IMG/VR virus record: IMGVR_UViG_3300025102_000012
Span: 28,809-92,808 of that record
Origin: a virus
Length of the DNA stretch: 64,000 bases
Reading direction: 5' to 3' (one strand)
Part shown: piece by piece, positions 30,331 to 40,628 of the stretch
How positions within the stretch are numbered: the stretch's first letter is position 1
How the letters are laid out: every line of letters begins with the position of its first letter
Notes under the pieces: generated by a model
Told to the model about the DNA's origin: nothing
What the model saw: only the letters and a program-made list of their open reading frames with translations
Database searches by the model: none
Translations under genes and position numbers: made by a program

Positions 30331-30515
30331 ATTATTACCTCATTTAAGATAGGCTTCGCACCTATTCGAGTGTCAATTGTTTCCACAAGTTCACACTTAC
30401 ACTTGCCTCGTTTTATTTCCAACATGAATTCTGTAATGTTGCCAACACATCATACCGCAATTTACCCGACTATATCAAAGCCGCAACATTCCTACGGGGA
30501 AATAAAGGAATCTAA

Positions 30516-31724
30516 TCAAAACCAGTCGAAGTCTTCCTCCGTTGGCTGATTTACTTCTACCGCAGAACCGTGTCTATCTGTACATAATAGTCCAGTAGTA
30601 TTGATAGTAGCATTTTCAATTACACCATCAACAGTTCTTTGGCTTGTTCTTCCAACAATAATCACATTAGAGCCGATACCGAAGTCTAATTCAAGATGTT
30701 CGGGAATCCAACAAGTAAAGATACCTGTTTCATCTTCATCTAATGTTGCATCCAAGTCAGAAATATTTATTATTCTGTTACCATTCTTAGTAGGTATCAT
30801 ATTCATAGTGATAACTGTTCCATCAGTAACAATAAATCTCTCCTTAGAAGGCAAAGCCTGTCTTTGGATATGTGCTTTATCTAATTCCACAAGAGGAATA
30901 ATGTGACTATCAAAGTTATCTTGTAGACACTTTTGGAAGTCAAAATCACCCATATCTCGGAACGCTTCATTTTCAGGGTCTAGAGAACTATTAAGAGTTA
31001 AACTGTTAATAGTCATATCTGTAGCACCGTAAATGTCTGTTCCATTAGAACCTTCAATACATAGGAAATGAACCCATTCAAATGTATTTGGCTTGAAGTC
31101 TAATCCGCCTTGATTCTTGTAAGAGAAATAATACATTTTCATTTCTTCTTGACCAACAGAACCAAAGAAGATGCCCGACCTTCTAAATTGTTCTTTAGGT
31201 AGGGGAGTACCGTATTTGTTGTTCTTTCCGCCATTCATATATGTAGCAGTATTATCCAAAGGAATAAATGTTCTACCATCTTCTAGAATTTCTGCTCCTT
31301 CCGGTAGGCTTGATAGAACTGCTTCTTTATATTCGCCATTATGATATCTAGATACAGTAAATTTACCAATAGCATTTTCATTTGCTACGGCAACAATTCC
31401 CTGTTCTAAAGCGTTATCGGAGTCTCGCAAAAACTCTTCTTTTGCTTTTGCTCTATTCCAACTCATCATATCTCTAGGTGTTTCTAGAGCGATAAAGAAA
31501 CCGAATGCATTCTTATAGTAAGAGTCATTATTGTTTTGGTTTCCACTTTTTTGGCTTCTTCTTGCATTAGCCACATAGTTTCTCCAAAGACCCAAACCGA
31601 TTCGGTTGTCCTTTTCTATTCCGTTCTCTTGACAAAGTTCTTCGTACTTTGCCATTGCCTCATCTTGAGTAAGTCCCAAGACTTCGGCTCCTTTCTGTAT
31701 TTCTTTTTTCGTATTTTCATCCAT
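30516..31724 (-). CDS. RPA-like OB-fold ssDNA-binding protein
   Basis: C-terminal OB-like pattern (TDGTV...IINISD...CW...GSNVIIVGR), acidic tail EEDFDWF. Confidence 0.6.
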   Translation of the reverse strand: MDENTKKEIQKGAEVLGLTQDEAMAKYEELCQENGIEKDNRIGLGLWRNYVANARRSQKSGNQNNNDSYYKNAFGFFIALETPRDMMSWNRAKAKEEFLRDSDNALEQGIVAVANENAIGKFTVSRYHNGEYKEAVLSSLPEGAEILEDGRTFIPLDNTATYMNGGKNNKYGTPLPKEQFRRSGIFFGSVGQEEMKMYYFSYKNQGGLDFKPNTFEWVHFLCIEGSNGTDIYGATDMTINSLTLNSSLDPENEAFRDMGDFDFQKCLQDNFDSHIIPLVELDKAHIQRQALPSKERFIVTDGTVITMNMIPTKNGNRIINISDLDATLDEDETGIFTCWIPEHLELDFGIGSNVIIVGRTSQRTVDGVIENATINTTGLLCTDRHGSAVEVNQPTEEDFDWF

Positions 31725-31750
31725 AGTTTTTCACCTCATTTTTCTTTAAT

Positions 31751-32662
31751 TTACAATAGTTGTCCCACCATCCATGATATTAGCACTTTTGGGGTCATAC
31801 TATTGGAACGCCATTCTGTTTCTCCTATTGTTCTTAACAATTTGAATTTCAACATCGTATCTAATCCCTCCGAATTAACGATGACATCATGTAATCCATT
31901 ACAGATTTCCTTGATGGTTTTTCCTTGATAGAGTAAGTCATGTATTTCACCTAGTATATTTTGATTCTTATTTGTTATTTTTATTAGCAGTTCATTATAT
32001 TCGCTAAGTGATACTTCTACTTGTTTTTTGAGTGTGCTATTGCTAGACTTTGCGGCTTGGATTTCCGTGATTGCCCTCCGCATATCACCATTCATGGAGT
32101 ATAAAAAGCCCCCTAACTCCTCGTCCGAGAATCGAGTGATTTTTTCTTTCGATAAAATTTCTTTTATCATATCTAACATTTTATCATTAGATAAAGGCTT
32201 AAAGTTATAATTAGCACATCTACTTTGTAATGCAAAGATAATTTTGTTTTTATCATTACAAGTGATAATAAATCTAATATTAGAAGAATATCTTTCCATT
32301 ATTCTCTTTAATGCTCCTTGAGCATCAGAAGTCATATTCTCCATTTCATCTAATAAACATATTCTAAATGGTACATCGCCTAACGAGGCACTTTGAGCCG
32401 CTTGTTTGATTGTAGTCCTAACAGTTTCTAATCTTCTATCATCGCTAGCATTAATTTCAAAGAAATTGTCTTTGAATCCTTCGCCTAATATTTCTTTAGC
32501 AAGGACTATTCCTGCCGTTGTTTTACCATTACCGGGATTGCCGTATAATAATACATTAGGCATGTTTCTTTCTTCTTTCCATGATTGAGCATCCATAACA
32601 AAGTTTTCTTGTCCGTAGATATCTCCTATTCTTTGTGGTCTATATTTTTCAGTCCATAACAT
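31751..32662 (-). CDS. rfcS: Replication factor C small subunit
   Basis: WTEKYRP, GNPGNGKTT, EINASDDR, LDEME, ALQSRC, GDMRRAI. Confidence 0.92.
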   Translation of the reverse strand: MLWTEKYRPQRIGDIYGQENFVMDAQSWKEERNMPNVLLYGNPGNGKTTAGIVLAKEILGEGFKDNFFEINASDDRRLETVRTTIKQAAQSASLGDVPFRICLLDEMENMTSDAQGALKRIMERYSSNIRFIITCNDKNKIIFALQSRCANYNFKPLSNDKMLDMIKEILSKEKITRFSDEELGGFLYSMNGDMRRAITEIQAAKSSNSTLKKQVEVSLSEYNELLIKITNKNQNILGEIHDLLYQGKTIKEICNGLHDVIVNSEGLDTMLKFKLLRTIGETEWRSNSMTPKVLISWMVGQLL

Positions 32663-32663
32663 T

Positions 32664-32948
32664 TTAGTTACCTCCTATGTGGTGTTTTGGGTATTTGTGT
32701 GTTCTTCGATAAGCAATCCTATGATTATTTATCTTTCTTCTTTCTATTAAGCCTATATCGCATAGGTATTTGAAAAAGGTTCTACAAGCATCTATTCCAA
32801 ATTTAGTATTAGAATACTTCAGTATTTCTCTAATAGATTTCCAATCGGTGTCTATATTAAGCAATACTTCTAACCAATCAGCATCTAAAAATGCATTCTC
32901 GCCAAATTCTATGGATGTTACAAATCCTCTTTTACTTTTTATTTTCAT
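32664..32948 (-). CDS. Winged-helix-like protein
   Basis: SIREI...LCDIGLIERR. Confidence 0.45.
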   Translation of the reverse strand: MKIKSKRGFVTSIEFGENAFLDADWLEVLLNIDTDWKSIREILKYSNTKFGIDACRTFFKYLCDIGLIERRKINNHRIAYRRTHKYPKHHIGGN

Positions 32949-32950
32949 AA

Positions 32951-33802
32951 TTAAGCCTCCTTAACAAACTGAAATAAAGAAGACTGTTGTAATTTAACAG
33001 GTTCTAATTTCTTTCTTTTTCTCTTTTCTCCTAAACTTAGTAGTCTGCAATCAGTGTTATTAAGTTTAGATTTAGCCCATTCTTTAAATTCATTATCTCT
33101 CAATAATTGGCGTAATACTTTGGGTTCTTTAACGCCTAACTTTCTAGATAAGTAAGGTACTTTGCTGTACTTTCCTCTTTTAGGAAACTCTACTCTACCG
33201 AAGAAGTCTCCGCTATGAGTATATGCTAAAATGTCGTAGAAATATTTCATACTCCATCTTCTGCGAACCACTCCGTCTACAAACAGTAGGCGATTAGGTG
33301 GCATATTGCCCGATAGCCAAGTTAGTATTTGAGTATCTGCGGGCTTATTGAAATGTAATAGTTTTCTAACTAGTTCTCTATCTTTTATTTTAAGATAGTC
33401 AAAAACTAATTTGTAAGTATCTCTTTGATAAGAAAGAGGTTTATCGCTTCTAGGAGCGATTTCTTTGAGTTGTTCTTCTAAGAAGTTCTTAGAACCTGCT
33501 CTTTTAATTCTGCACATTGACTTTATACTGCTAGGGACAGATTTTTCATCAATAGAAGTAATAACTATTTGTCCTTTGTAAGTCCTAAGTATGTTTAGAA
33601 TACCGTCTTTATCAGGTTTAATATGTATATCTTCTATAATAATACCATTATCAGTAGGTATAGACAATATATCATAATCAACATCATCTGCATATAGAAT
33701 AACTGGGTCATTAACGAAGGTTTTCGCCTTCGTAGACTTTCCTGTTCCTGTTTTTCCTGTAAGGAGAATTGCTCTTTTTGTTTCTAAATTAGTGAAGCCC
33801 AT
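32951..33802 (-). CDS. Degenerate RFC large subunit-like ATPase
   Basis: GKTGTGKST, IIIEDI, C-terminal PIP-box-like QSSLFQF. Confidence 0.7.
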   Translation of the reverse strand: MGFTNLETKRAILLTGKTGTGKSTKAKTFVNDPVILYADDVDYDILSIPTDNGIIIEDIHIKPDKDGILNILRTYKGQIVITSIDEKSVPSSIKSMCRIKRAGSKNFLEEQLKEIAPRSDKPLSYQRDTYKLVFDYLKIKDRELVRKLLHFNKPADTQILTWLSGNMPPNRLLFVDGVVRRRWSMKYFYDILAYTHSGDFFGRVEFPKRGKYSKVPYLSRKLGVKEPKVLRQLLRDNEFKEWAKSKLNNTDCRLLSLGEKRKRKKLEPVKLQQSSLFQFVKEA

Positions 33803-34197
33803 TACAATACACCTTTTATTTTCATTAGCATTTCTAAACCATTAAGGGTTTTATGCTTATTTTTATTTATAATATCTACTATTTGTTTGAATTCGTTTAA
33901 ATCATTCCTATAATTAGGAACAATTGGTAATAAATCACTTATTATCTTTAAGTTCACTATACCAGTAATTTTTAAGAGAGGTCTTTTTCTTCTGGAGGAT
34001 TCCTCCAATTTTATTTTTGACTTAACTCCAAATTGTAATAATGAGCGTTTAACTGCCATTAAAAATAATTCATCACCTCTTATGTTTAAAGAGAAATTAA
34101 CACTATAGCCTAATTTAGCCTTTTCATTAGCATAAATAGTTAGGTTATGTCTAGCAACTCCTAGTAAAATACCCCTTAGTACATCATTACTATACAT
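33802..34197 (-). CDS. Degenerate LAGLIDADG-fold protein
   Basis: LRGILLG helix, beta-sheet, C-terminal F..IVDII...HKTLNGL. Confidence 0.5.
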   Translation of the reverse strand: MYSNDVLRGILLGVARHNLTIYANEKAKLGYSVNFSLNIRGDELFLMAVKRSLLQFGVKSKIKLEESSRRKRPLLKITGIVNLKIISDLLPIVPNYRNDLNEFKQIVDIINKNKHKTLNGLEMLMKIKGVL

Positions 34198-34552
34198 TGC
34201 TTTTCACCTCTTTTGCTCCTAAGTATTCTGCTTTGTATCTTAAATATTCTATACCATCTAGAATAATAGTTTTGACTATTGTTTCTAAGTCTTCTTGTGT
34301 AGCAAAGGCAAAAGTAAGTATTGCTCCTCTATAACAATTAAAAGCAACTGCTCTTTCTTCGCTAATTTCTTCCGCAACAACTAGTGCATCTCCTTTCTCT
34401 AGTTTCCCTAGAAACTGAACATAAAGACCTCTTGCTAACATAGCAACTTCAGGTTCTTCGGGTAGGCCAAAGATTAGAAACCGATAGGTTTGAACAGTCT
34501 CATTAGCATTAATGAAATCTAATAAATCCCTTTCTATCTCAATATCGTTCAT
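34190..34552 (-). CDS. Hypothetical protein
   Basis: ORF in tightly packed operon. Confidence 0.5.
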   Translation of the reverse strand: MNDIEIERDLLDFINANETVQTYRFLIFGLPEEPEVAMLARGLYVQFLGKLEKGDALVVAEEISEERAVAFNCYRGAILTFAFATQEDLETIVKTIILDGIEYLRYKAEYLGAKEVKSNV

Positions 34553-34556
34553 TCAT

Positions 34557-34997
34557 TCACCCTTTAATATAATTCTCATTATCTTTCCAATAGCCTTCTA
34601 CCGCATAGTTTGTTTCCACCCAATAGATATGTGCCGCAGTAATTCTAGAATGACCAAGCCTAATAGCGTTTTTCTCCGCATTACTAACTACATTGGCAAC
34701 TGCTGTCTCCAACCATTCCATCAAAAAGTTCTTTGCTGAACGAGATATTTGTAAATCAGTGTTCTCCCTTATTAGAGAACTGAGGTTTACTTTGCTTTTG
34801 GTTCTAGGCTTTTTTACTACTATCTTTTCGGGAACAATCAACTGATTATCTTTAACAAAGGGACATTCATCTACTTTAATTTTTTTAGCCCTTCCTTGTT
34901 CATGAAGAATGTTCTTTAGATAAGCAAAACCCTCTTCTATTTTTATACAAAGATAAGTGGTGGTTCCTATCATTGTTAGTTGTCCTTTCTCAATCAT
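34557..34997 (-). CDS. Histone-fold protein with N-terminal extension
   Basis: LSSLIRENTDLQISRSAKNFLMEWLE...AEKNAIRLGHSRITAAHI fits the histone-fold pattern. Confidence 0.7.
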   Translation of the reverse strand: MIEKGQLTMIGTTTYLCIKIEEGFAYLKNILHEQGRAKKIKVDECPFVKDNQLIVPEKIVVKKPRTKSKVNLSSLIRENTDLQISRSAKNFLMEWLETAVANVVSNAEKNAIRLGHSRITAAHIYWVETNYAVEGYWKDNENYIKG

Positions 34998-35263
34998 TCT
35001 GATTCCCCATTGAACAAAAAAGGCCTTCTATTCATTACTGATTCATATGCGTCAATTAACTTTTTAGCATTCCATATTTCGTCTGCGTGTATTGTGCCAT
35101 TAATAATAAGTGCCTGTAATATCATACGAGCCTCTACATCATGTATAACGGAGTTCTTGATTTTTTTTAGGTAAATATTTGCTCTTGTTTTTGGATTCAT
35201 TCTAATCTCTCCTGTTCTATAGTTAATGCTATTGCTTCTTCGTATGCCTTCTTTATAGGCCAA
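34994..35263 (-). CDS. Hypothetical protein
   Basis: ORF in operon. Confidence 0.45.
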   Translation of the reverse strand: MAYKEGIRRSNSINYRTGEIRMNPKTRANIYLKKIKNSVIHDVEARMILQALIINGTIHADEIWNAKKLIDAYESVMNRRPFLFNGESE

Positions 35264-35309
35264 TTTTTTCTTAGCATAGCCATAAAATACATTCTATGTA
35301 GTGTCCAAT

Positions 35310-36839
35310 TCATTCTAACCTCTCCACATCTTCTAAAGTATTAATATCAGCAACGAATTTATCGTCTCTAATTCTTTTACATCTAGGGAATCTAAGTCCT
35401 AAATTATCTTTAGCATCTCTACTAACTAAATCTGCTGATACTTCTAATACAACTATAGGAGATACATAATAGGTTCCATTTGAATAAGTTACTATATTTT
35501 TCCTTAGTGTATTTGTTAGACTTAACAAATCAGCATCGCTAAATCCAGTACCAACGGAACCAACGCCTACAAACCCATTAGGGCTAGAAACAGCAATATC
35601 AAAAGAAGCAAACACATTTGCTTTAGCGCCGTCACCATATCTAGCCTTAGTAATTACTACATCTAATTCAATGCGTGGAGGCTTGTATTTAGCCCACCCT
35701 GCGCTTCTCTTTCCTGCTTCATAGGGTAAACTAATATCTTTGACAATAATGCCCTCAAAACCATCGTTAATCGCTCTATTATAGAATGCTAGAACATCAC
35801 CGCCCTCTTCCATTCTATGTGCTTGGTCGGGTAAGTCTTTCATTTTTACTAGCCTTTCAGAATAAGGTAGATTCATTAATGTTTCAAGTTCATATTTGAG
35901 ACAATCAAATATTACCCATTTAACTTTGACCTTTTCTATTGCTTCTTCGTGGTTTTTAGAGTGAACTCTAGTTCCCATTAGTTTATGTTCAGCAGGAGAA
36001 CCATCTTCCTTTATTGGATATATCTCTCCATCTAGAATACATCTAAGAATAGGATATTGTTGCACTTTCTCTACCACATCTTGGAACTGAGGAGTGACTA
36101 TATTCCCTTTACGATTAAAGATAATTACATTGACTCCTTCTTTGTGTATTTGGTATCTATTACCATCATATTTGTAGTCTACAATCTTATTCTCCGGCCA
36201 TTTATTCATAGGAACATCTTTTGCTAACATTGGCTTTACAAAAGAACCATGCGATAAATTACACGGAGGTTCTTCTTTCATCGAATAGTACCTTGCTACA
36301 TTCTCTACGCTATTGAAATTAAGATGTTTCTTAACATCTGCTAACTTCTTTTTGTAATGTTTAGCAAGAATCTTCTTTACTAGTCCTTCGTTTACACCGT
36401 GTCTAGGTGTTTTTAACCAATAACGAATAAACCATTTTCTTTCCAAAGAAGACATCTTTAGAATAGAAGTTTTGATTAACTCAAATTGAGTAGAATTCAT
36501 TTTGGAAGAATCTAGTTCCAATAACCTAACAATACTATTGAGAGTATATCTCCCTTCATTTTCAGAAGAGTAGTCTAAATAGTAGATTGCATCTCCCAAG
36601 TCATTCATATGGGCGATATACTGCCCTTCTATTTCATCTTCAAATATATCAAAAATGCTTGCTAACCATTTCTTAGCCCTTGCTAAACCAATGTTATTAG
36701 ATTCATAATCCAAAGATAATATCTTTAGAAATAAAGGAGAATCGAACTCCAATAAATCATTTGCTATTTTTGTTACAATTGTAGTCGGTATTCCATTTTC
36801 AGTTGCTTCAAGTAATCTACTCGCTTTCTCCCAAGTCAT
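35310..36839 (-). CDS. lig: ATP-dependent DNA ligase
   Basis: KPMLA, KYDGNR, LDGE, FEGIIVK, WAKYK, LRFPR..RIRDDK. Confidence 0.95.
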   Translation of the reverse strand: MTWEKASRLLEATENGIPTTIVTKIANDLLEFDSPLFLKILSLDYESNNIGLARAKKWLASIFDIFEDEIEGQYIAHMNDLGDAIYYLDYSSENEGRYTLNSIVRLLELDSSKMNSTQFELIKTSILKMSSLERKWFIRYWLKTPRHGVNEGLVKKILAKHYKKKLADVKKHLNFNSVENVARYYSMKEEPPCNLSHGSFVKPMLAKDVPMNKWPENKIVDYKYDGNRYQIHKEGVNVIIFNRKGNIVTPQFQDVVEKVQQYPILRCILDGEIYPIKEDGSPAEHKLMGTRVHSKNHEEAIEKVKVKWVIFDCLKYELETLMNLPYSERLVKMKDLPDQAHRMEEGGDVLAFYNRAINDGFEGIIVKDISLPYEAGKRSAGWAKYKPPRIELDVVITKARYGDGAKANVFASFDIAVSSPNGFVGVGSVGTGFSDADLLSLTNTLRKNIVTYSNGTYYVSPIVVLEVSADLVSRDAKDNLGLRFPRCKRIRDDKFVADINTLEDVERLE

Positions 36840-36952
36840 CTATTATCACCAAATTTTTATTTACATTAATAACCAGTTCTTTTAGAAGGCGGGATATCTC
36901 ACCTTCATTTTTTTCTGAATAAGTCCACATAGCATTTGCTAAGTAAATCCAT

Positions 36953-37303
36953 TCACTCTTCTTCATCTACTTCACCATCTAATTTAGATAATAATCGTAA
37001 GAAGTTTTGCATCATCATACTTACAACTTCTATTTCTTCTTCTGCTCCCATCTCTATAAAACGATGTAACAGATGAATTAGTGATGCTTGAGTCATAGCA
37101 GGGGCTAATTTAGCCAAACTACCATTAGAATATATTTCCCAATAACAAACAAAGGTCGCTCTAGGTAGATAACTACTGTTCACTATTTCTGAATGACCGC
37201 TAACAAAATGTTCTAAAGCCGCACCATTTAGTTTCTTTTTCGTTCTTTTACACCATGCTTCAAATTTCTTATCGTTTACTGTTGTTAAATATATTTTATT
37301 CAT
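36953..37303 (-). CDS. Hypothetical protein
   Basis: ORF in operon. Confidence 0.5.
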   Translation of the reverse strand: MNKIYLTTVNDKKFEAWCKRTKKKLNGAALEHFVSGHSEIVNSSYLPRATFVCYWEIYSNGSLAKLAPAMTQASLIHLLHRFIEMGAEEEIEVVSMMMQNFLRLLSKLDGEVDEEE

Positions 37304-37581
37304 TCTTCTTCACTCTCCTCTTCAATGGAATCTACAAATTCTCTTATAGCAATATACATCTTATTGTAAGCATTCTCTACATGAACACCCGTTAGTCTAC
37401 TTCCTCTTCCTATTTTTGGATAGGATTTTTCCACAAATAAACAAAACAGTTCTACTATACTATAAGAACACAAAGCCGCTTTTGTTATGGCTTCTTTTGT
37501 CATGCTTCTTCCTTTGTTATTGTTTTTAATAGCCGCATCTCTTAGTGCTATTTCTGCATGTTTCTTTAATATTTTAGTCAT
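37300..37581 (-). CDS. Second putative histone-fold protein
   Basis: RSMTKEAI...long helix...SRLTGVHVENA. Confidence 0.5.
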   Translation of the reverse strand: MTKILKKHAEIALRDAAIKNNNKGRSMTKEAITKAALCSYSIVELFCLFVEKSYPKIGRGSRLTGVHVENAYNKMYIAIREFVDSIEEESEEE

Positions 37582-37792
37582 CTAACTCCCTCTTTAATAT
37601 ATCTAGAAGTTTCTTTGCTTCTTCTTTGTTTAGTCTTATTCCTTTATATGAGGGTTTACTATTTGCATACCATCTAATATCTACGACTTCAATCATCCTG
37701 TATGTTCCCGTATTAACCAAAACTTCTTGTGTTGCATTTCTAGGTATTCTACCTACAATTTCTAATCCTTTATTTTCGCTCAATTCATCCAC
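37574..37792 (-). CDS. PC4/YdbC-like ssDNA-binding protein
   Basis: Y...VDIRWY...KP..KGIRL..EE...L. Confidence 0.75.
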   Translation of the reverse strand: MDELSENKGLEIVGRIPRNATQEVLVNTGTYRMIEVVDIRWYANSKPSYKGIRLNKEEAKKLLDILKRELDD

Positions 37793-38178
37793 CCCTGTTT
37801 AAACTTCTCAAGTTCTTGTCTTGAAGTAAAATATCTTGGAGTATCTAAAGCATCTAAACGATTCACAACCCAACAAGCACCACCAAGAGAGGATATTTGG
37901 ACTATTTCAAACTGGCCATCGTTTATCTCTAAAACTTCTTTTGTTTGTATTTCGGGAGTTAATCCATATTTTTTAGTTATTTCATTAGCAACATCATGAA
38001 TATTATCTACAACATATTTGATAATATGCGCTCTTTGAATAGGTATCTTGGGTGCAACATCTATTTTAATTGAACCTGTCATATTACAAACTACACATTT
38101 GTTGCCTTTACAGATAGGACATTGAATTTGGGCTTTATGAGGAGCCGGTAATGTTACTGTAATTGCTTTCTTTTTCAT
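37780..38178 (-). CDS. Zinc-finger protein
   Basis: CPICKG.KCVVCNMTG. Confidence 0.55.
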   Translation of the reverse strand: MKKKAITVTLPAPHKAQIQCPICKGNKCVVCNMTGSIKIDVAPKIPIQRAHIIKYVVDNIHDVANEITKKYGLTPEIQTKEVLEINDGQFEIVQISSLGGACWVVNRLDALDTPRYFTSRQELEKFKQGWMN

Positions 38179-38266
38179 TTTTCTTCACCTTCTAAACATA
38201 CCTTACATTGATTATATCTTCTAGCATAATACTTAGACATATTTCTCCCACAGTTAGGACATTCCA

Positions 38267-38923
38267 TTAATTATCACTCCAAGTATAGCCAAACTTATCC
38301 ATTAGTTCCGGAGATAAAAAGTATTTCCCCATTGCTCTTTGCTTTCCATGTGTAGGGTCTATTTCTACACGGTGTTTTGTTGAAAGCAAGTATCTCTTTT
38401 CTTCTTCCGTTGAAGCCTCTTTTATTGCTTTGTTCATACTAACATTAAAGATTTCTTTGGCAATGGTAGTGTTAGGCATAATGGATTGTTCGTTATATCC
38501 AAAATCTAATTTGTAGTCTTCGGGATAAACCCACATATGAAACTGATTACAGGTATCAACTAGTTTACTCATAGGAGGAAAAACTTCTACTGCTGTTCTT
38601 TCATGACCACATATTTCATTCTTCATCATCTGCATATCTCTCCAATCGTGAGCATGGTGAGAGTTTCTTAAATTTCTAAAACATAACCATGTAAACTTGT
38701 TATTAGGGAATTGATGAACAGGATTATCCGGATAATATACTTTAACAATATATTCGTTATTCATCCAATATTCATCATATTCCAAATCATCTACATTAAC
38801 TTCGGGAAAGTTTTCTTTTGATAATTCTATCCTAACTAAAGGAGTCCAAGCCTTCTTTTGGGATTTGTTTAGGTGCTTAACTAAATTTGCCCTTCTTTGT
38901 TTCTTAATAGTATTATATTTCAC
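38267..38923 (-). CDS. Conserved phage-type hypothetical protein
   Basis: HDWRDMQ.MKNEICG.E..AVEVFPP...LVD..N.FHMW motif. Confidence 0.55.
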   Translation of the reverse strand: MKYNTIKKQRRANLVKHLNKSQKKAWTPLVRIELSKENFPEVNVDDLEYDEYWMNNEYIVKVYYPDNPVHQFPNNKFTWLCFRNLRNSHHAHDWRDMQMMKNEICGHERTAVEVFPPMSKLVDTCNQFHMWVYPEDYKLDFGYNEQSIMPNTTIAKEIFNVSMNKAIKEASTEEEKRYLLSTKHRVEIDPTHGKQRAMGKYFLSPELMDKFGYTWSDN

Positions 38924-39138
38924 TTTATGTCCTCCACCAAAGTATAATATTTTTTATGTTCCTGCGTTGCCTTGTATTTCTTAGTGCTACCTGCAACAAA
39001 CATTAAGAAGAACTCACTTTCGGAAAGTTTAATCTTTCTATCAACTAAGTCCACTTTTAGATATACATAATAATCGCTAGAAAATAATTTCTTTTGTATT
39101 CTATATACTGACTTCTTTGTAAAACTTATTTTTACCAT
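38920..39138 (-). CDS. Hypothetical protein
   Basis: ORF in operon. Confidence 0.4.
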   Translation of the reverse strand: MVKISFTKKSVYRIQKKLFSSDYYVYLKVDLVDRKIKLSESEFFLMFVAGSTKKYKATQEHKKYYTLVEDIK

Positions 39139-39140
39139 AT

Positions 39141-40628
39141 TTATTCCTCCACTAATACTGCTACATCTGTTGAATAGAATAACTGTGCTATTGACATTGC
39201 CGCTAAGAAACTGTTCTTAGTAACTTTAACTGGGTCAAATACTCCGAATAGAGAAAGGTCACAAACTACTCCGGTAAGAGCATTAAAGCCTGTAGGGTAT
39301 TCTGTAAAGGGAATAAATTCAGTATTGCTATTTTCAAATAAAGTCTTATATGGAGCCGACATTGCTGTTTTAAGCCACATAGGAGCCTCTATGGACTTTG
39401 CACACTCCATTAGGGCTAGACCTCCACCAGTTACAATACCTTCCGATAAGGCCGCTCTAGTAGCGTTTAGAGCATCATCTAATCTTTCTTTCTTTTCTAG
39501 CATTTCCATAGAAGAAGAAGCACCAACTCTAATAGTTGCTACTCCGCCTTTTAATCTAGCAATTCTTGATTTAATCCTAGCAGACTCAAAGCCTTCCATT
39601 GTTTTCAATAAGCCTTTCAAAGATTCTATTCTTTCGGAAGTATCTCCTTTAGCACCAATAACTATTGTTCTTTCTTTGTGGACTTCAATCATTTCACAGT
39701 TACCAAAATCAGTTTCCTTGAAAGAAGTAGGTCTATCTTTACTTTCTTCAGTGAAGATAGTTCCACCAACCATAGCCTGTATATCTGCTAACTCATCTAG
39801 TTGTTGGTCGCCAAAATTAGGGGCTAAGCATACAACACACTCAACAGTTTTATTCATGATATTCATTAGTAAATTGTTAAGGGCTGAACCGTCCATTCCT
39901 TTACAAAAGATAACTAGAGGTCTATTAGTGGTAGCAGCATGTTCTAACATAGGAAGTAGGTCTTTGAAGTTTCTAAACTTTAGATTAGACATAAAGATTA
40001 GAGGATTACTAAACATTGCTTTACCATCATCAGTATTAGCCATTAAATGACTGATATATCCTTCAGTAAGTTGCATGCCTTCTCTAACCATTAGTTCAGT
40101 TATATGAGATTTTGATTCTTCAACAGTAACTATTCCTTCTCTACCAACTTTAGATATGGCTTCTCCAATTAATGTTCCCAAAGCCATATCGTTATTTGCG
40201 GCAATGGTGGCTACATCTATTATTTCTTCATCTTTAATATCTAAGGCCAAATCATCTAATCTAGTTATCATCTCTACTTTGAATGATTCAAGAATATGAT
40301 ACACTTCGTGAGTAGTCATAGGTTCTTCTACACCAAACATATGATTACACAATGCTTGAGCAAGAATACAAGCGGTAGTAGTTCCATCACCAGAATTATC
40401 TTGTGCTTTACTTGCTAAGTTTTGAACCATTTGAATGCCCATTTGAACATAGGGGTCATCATGAGATATGTGTTTTGTTATTGTTACACCATCATTTACT
40501 ATAATAGGAGGATTACCTTGTAGAATAACTGTTTTGGCTTGTGGCCCCAAAGTTGGGCTTACCGTATTAGCAACTAAATTAATTCCTTGTAGTAGTTTTT
40601 CTTTTACTTCTTTTCCGTGTATAATCAT
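39141..40628 (-). CDS. groEL: Group I chaperonin GroEL
   Basis: TLGP, NDGVTI, GDGTTTA, APNFGD, GGVATIRVGA, EKKERLDDALNATRAA, DPVKV. Confidence 0.92.
   Translation of the reverse strand: MIIHGKEVKEKLLQGINLVANTVSPTLGPQAKTVILQGNPPIIVNDGVTITKHISHDDPYVQMGIQMVQNLASKAQDNSGDGTTTACILAQALCNHMFGVEEPMTTHEVYHILESFKVEMITRLDDLALDIKDEEIIDVATIAANNDMALGTLIGEAISKVGREGIVTVEESKSHITELMVREGMQLTEGYISHLMANTDDGKAMFSNPLIFMSNLKFRNFKDLLPMLEHAATTNRPLVIFCKGMDGSALNNLLMNIMNKTVECVVCLAPNFGDQQLDELADIQAMVGGTIFTEESKDRPTSFKETDFGNCEMIEVHKERTIVIGAKGDTSERIESLKGLLKTMEGFESARIKSRIARLKGGVATIRVGASSSMEMLEKKERLDDALNATRAALSEGIVTGGGLALMECAKSIEAPMWLKTAMSAPYKTLFENSNTEFIPFTEYPTGFNALTGVVCDLSLFGVFDPVKVTKNSFLAAMSIAQLFYSTDVAVLVEE

Noticed and set aside
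36825-36839. Ligase N-terminus MTWEK as another tag-family member
   Set aside because: Lacks the I-L-K part and lies in the replication block; probably coincidental.
39325-40050. Long antisense ORFs (39325..40050, 5892..6485, 16860..17363, 23606..24094, 19779..20162, 61697..62065)
   Set aside because: They lie opposite well-supported genes and have no motifs; treated as shadow ORFs.
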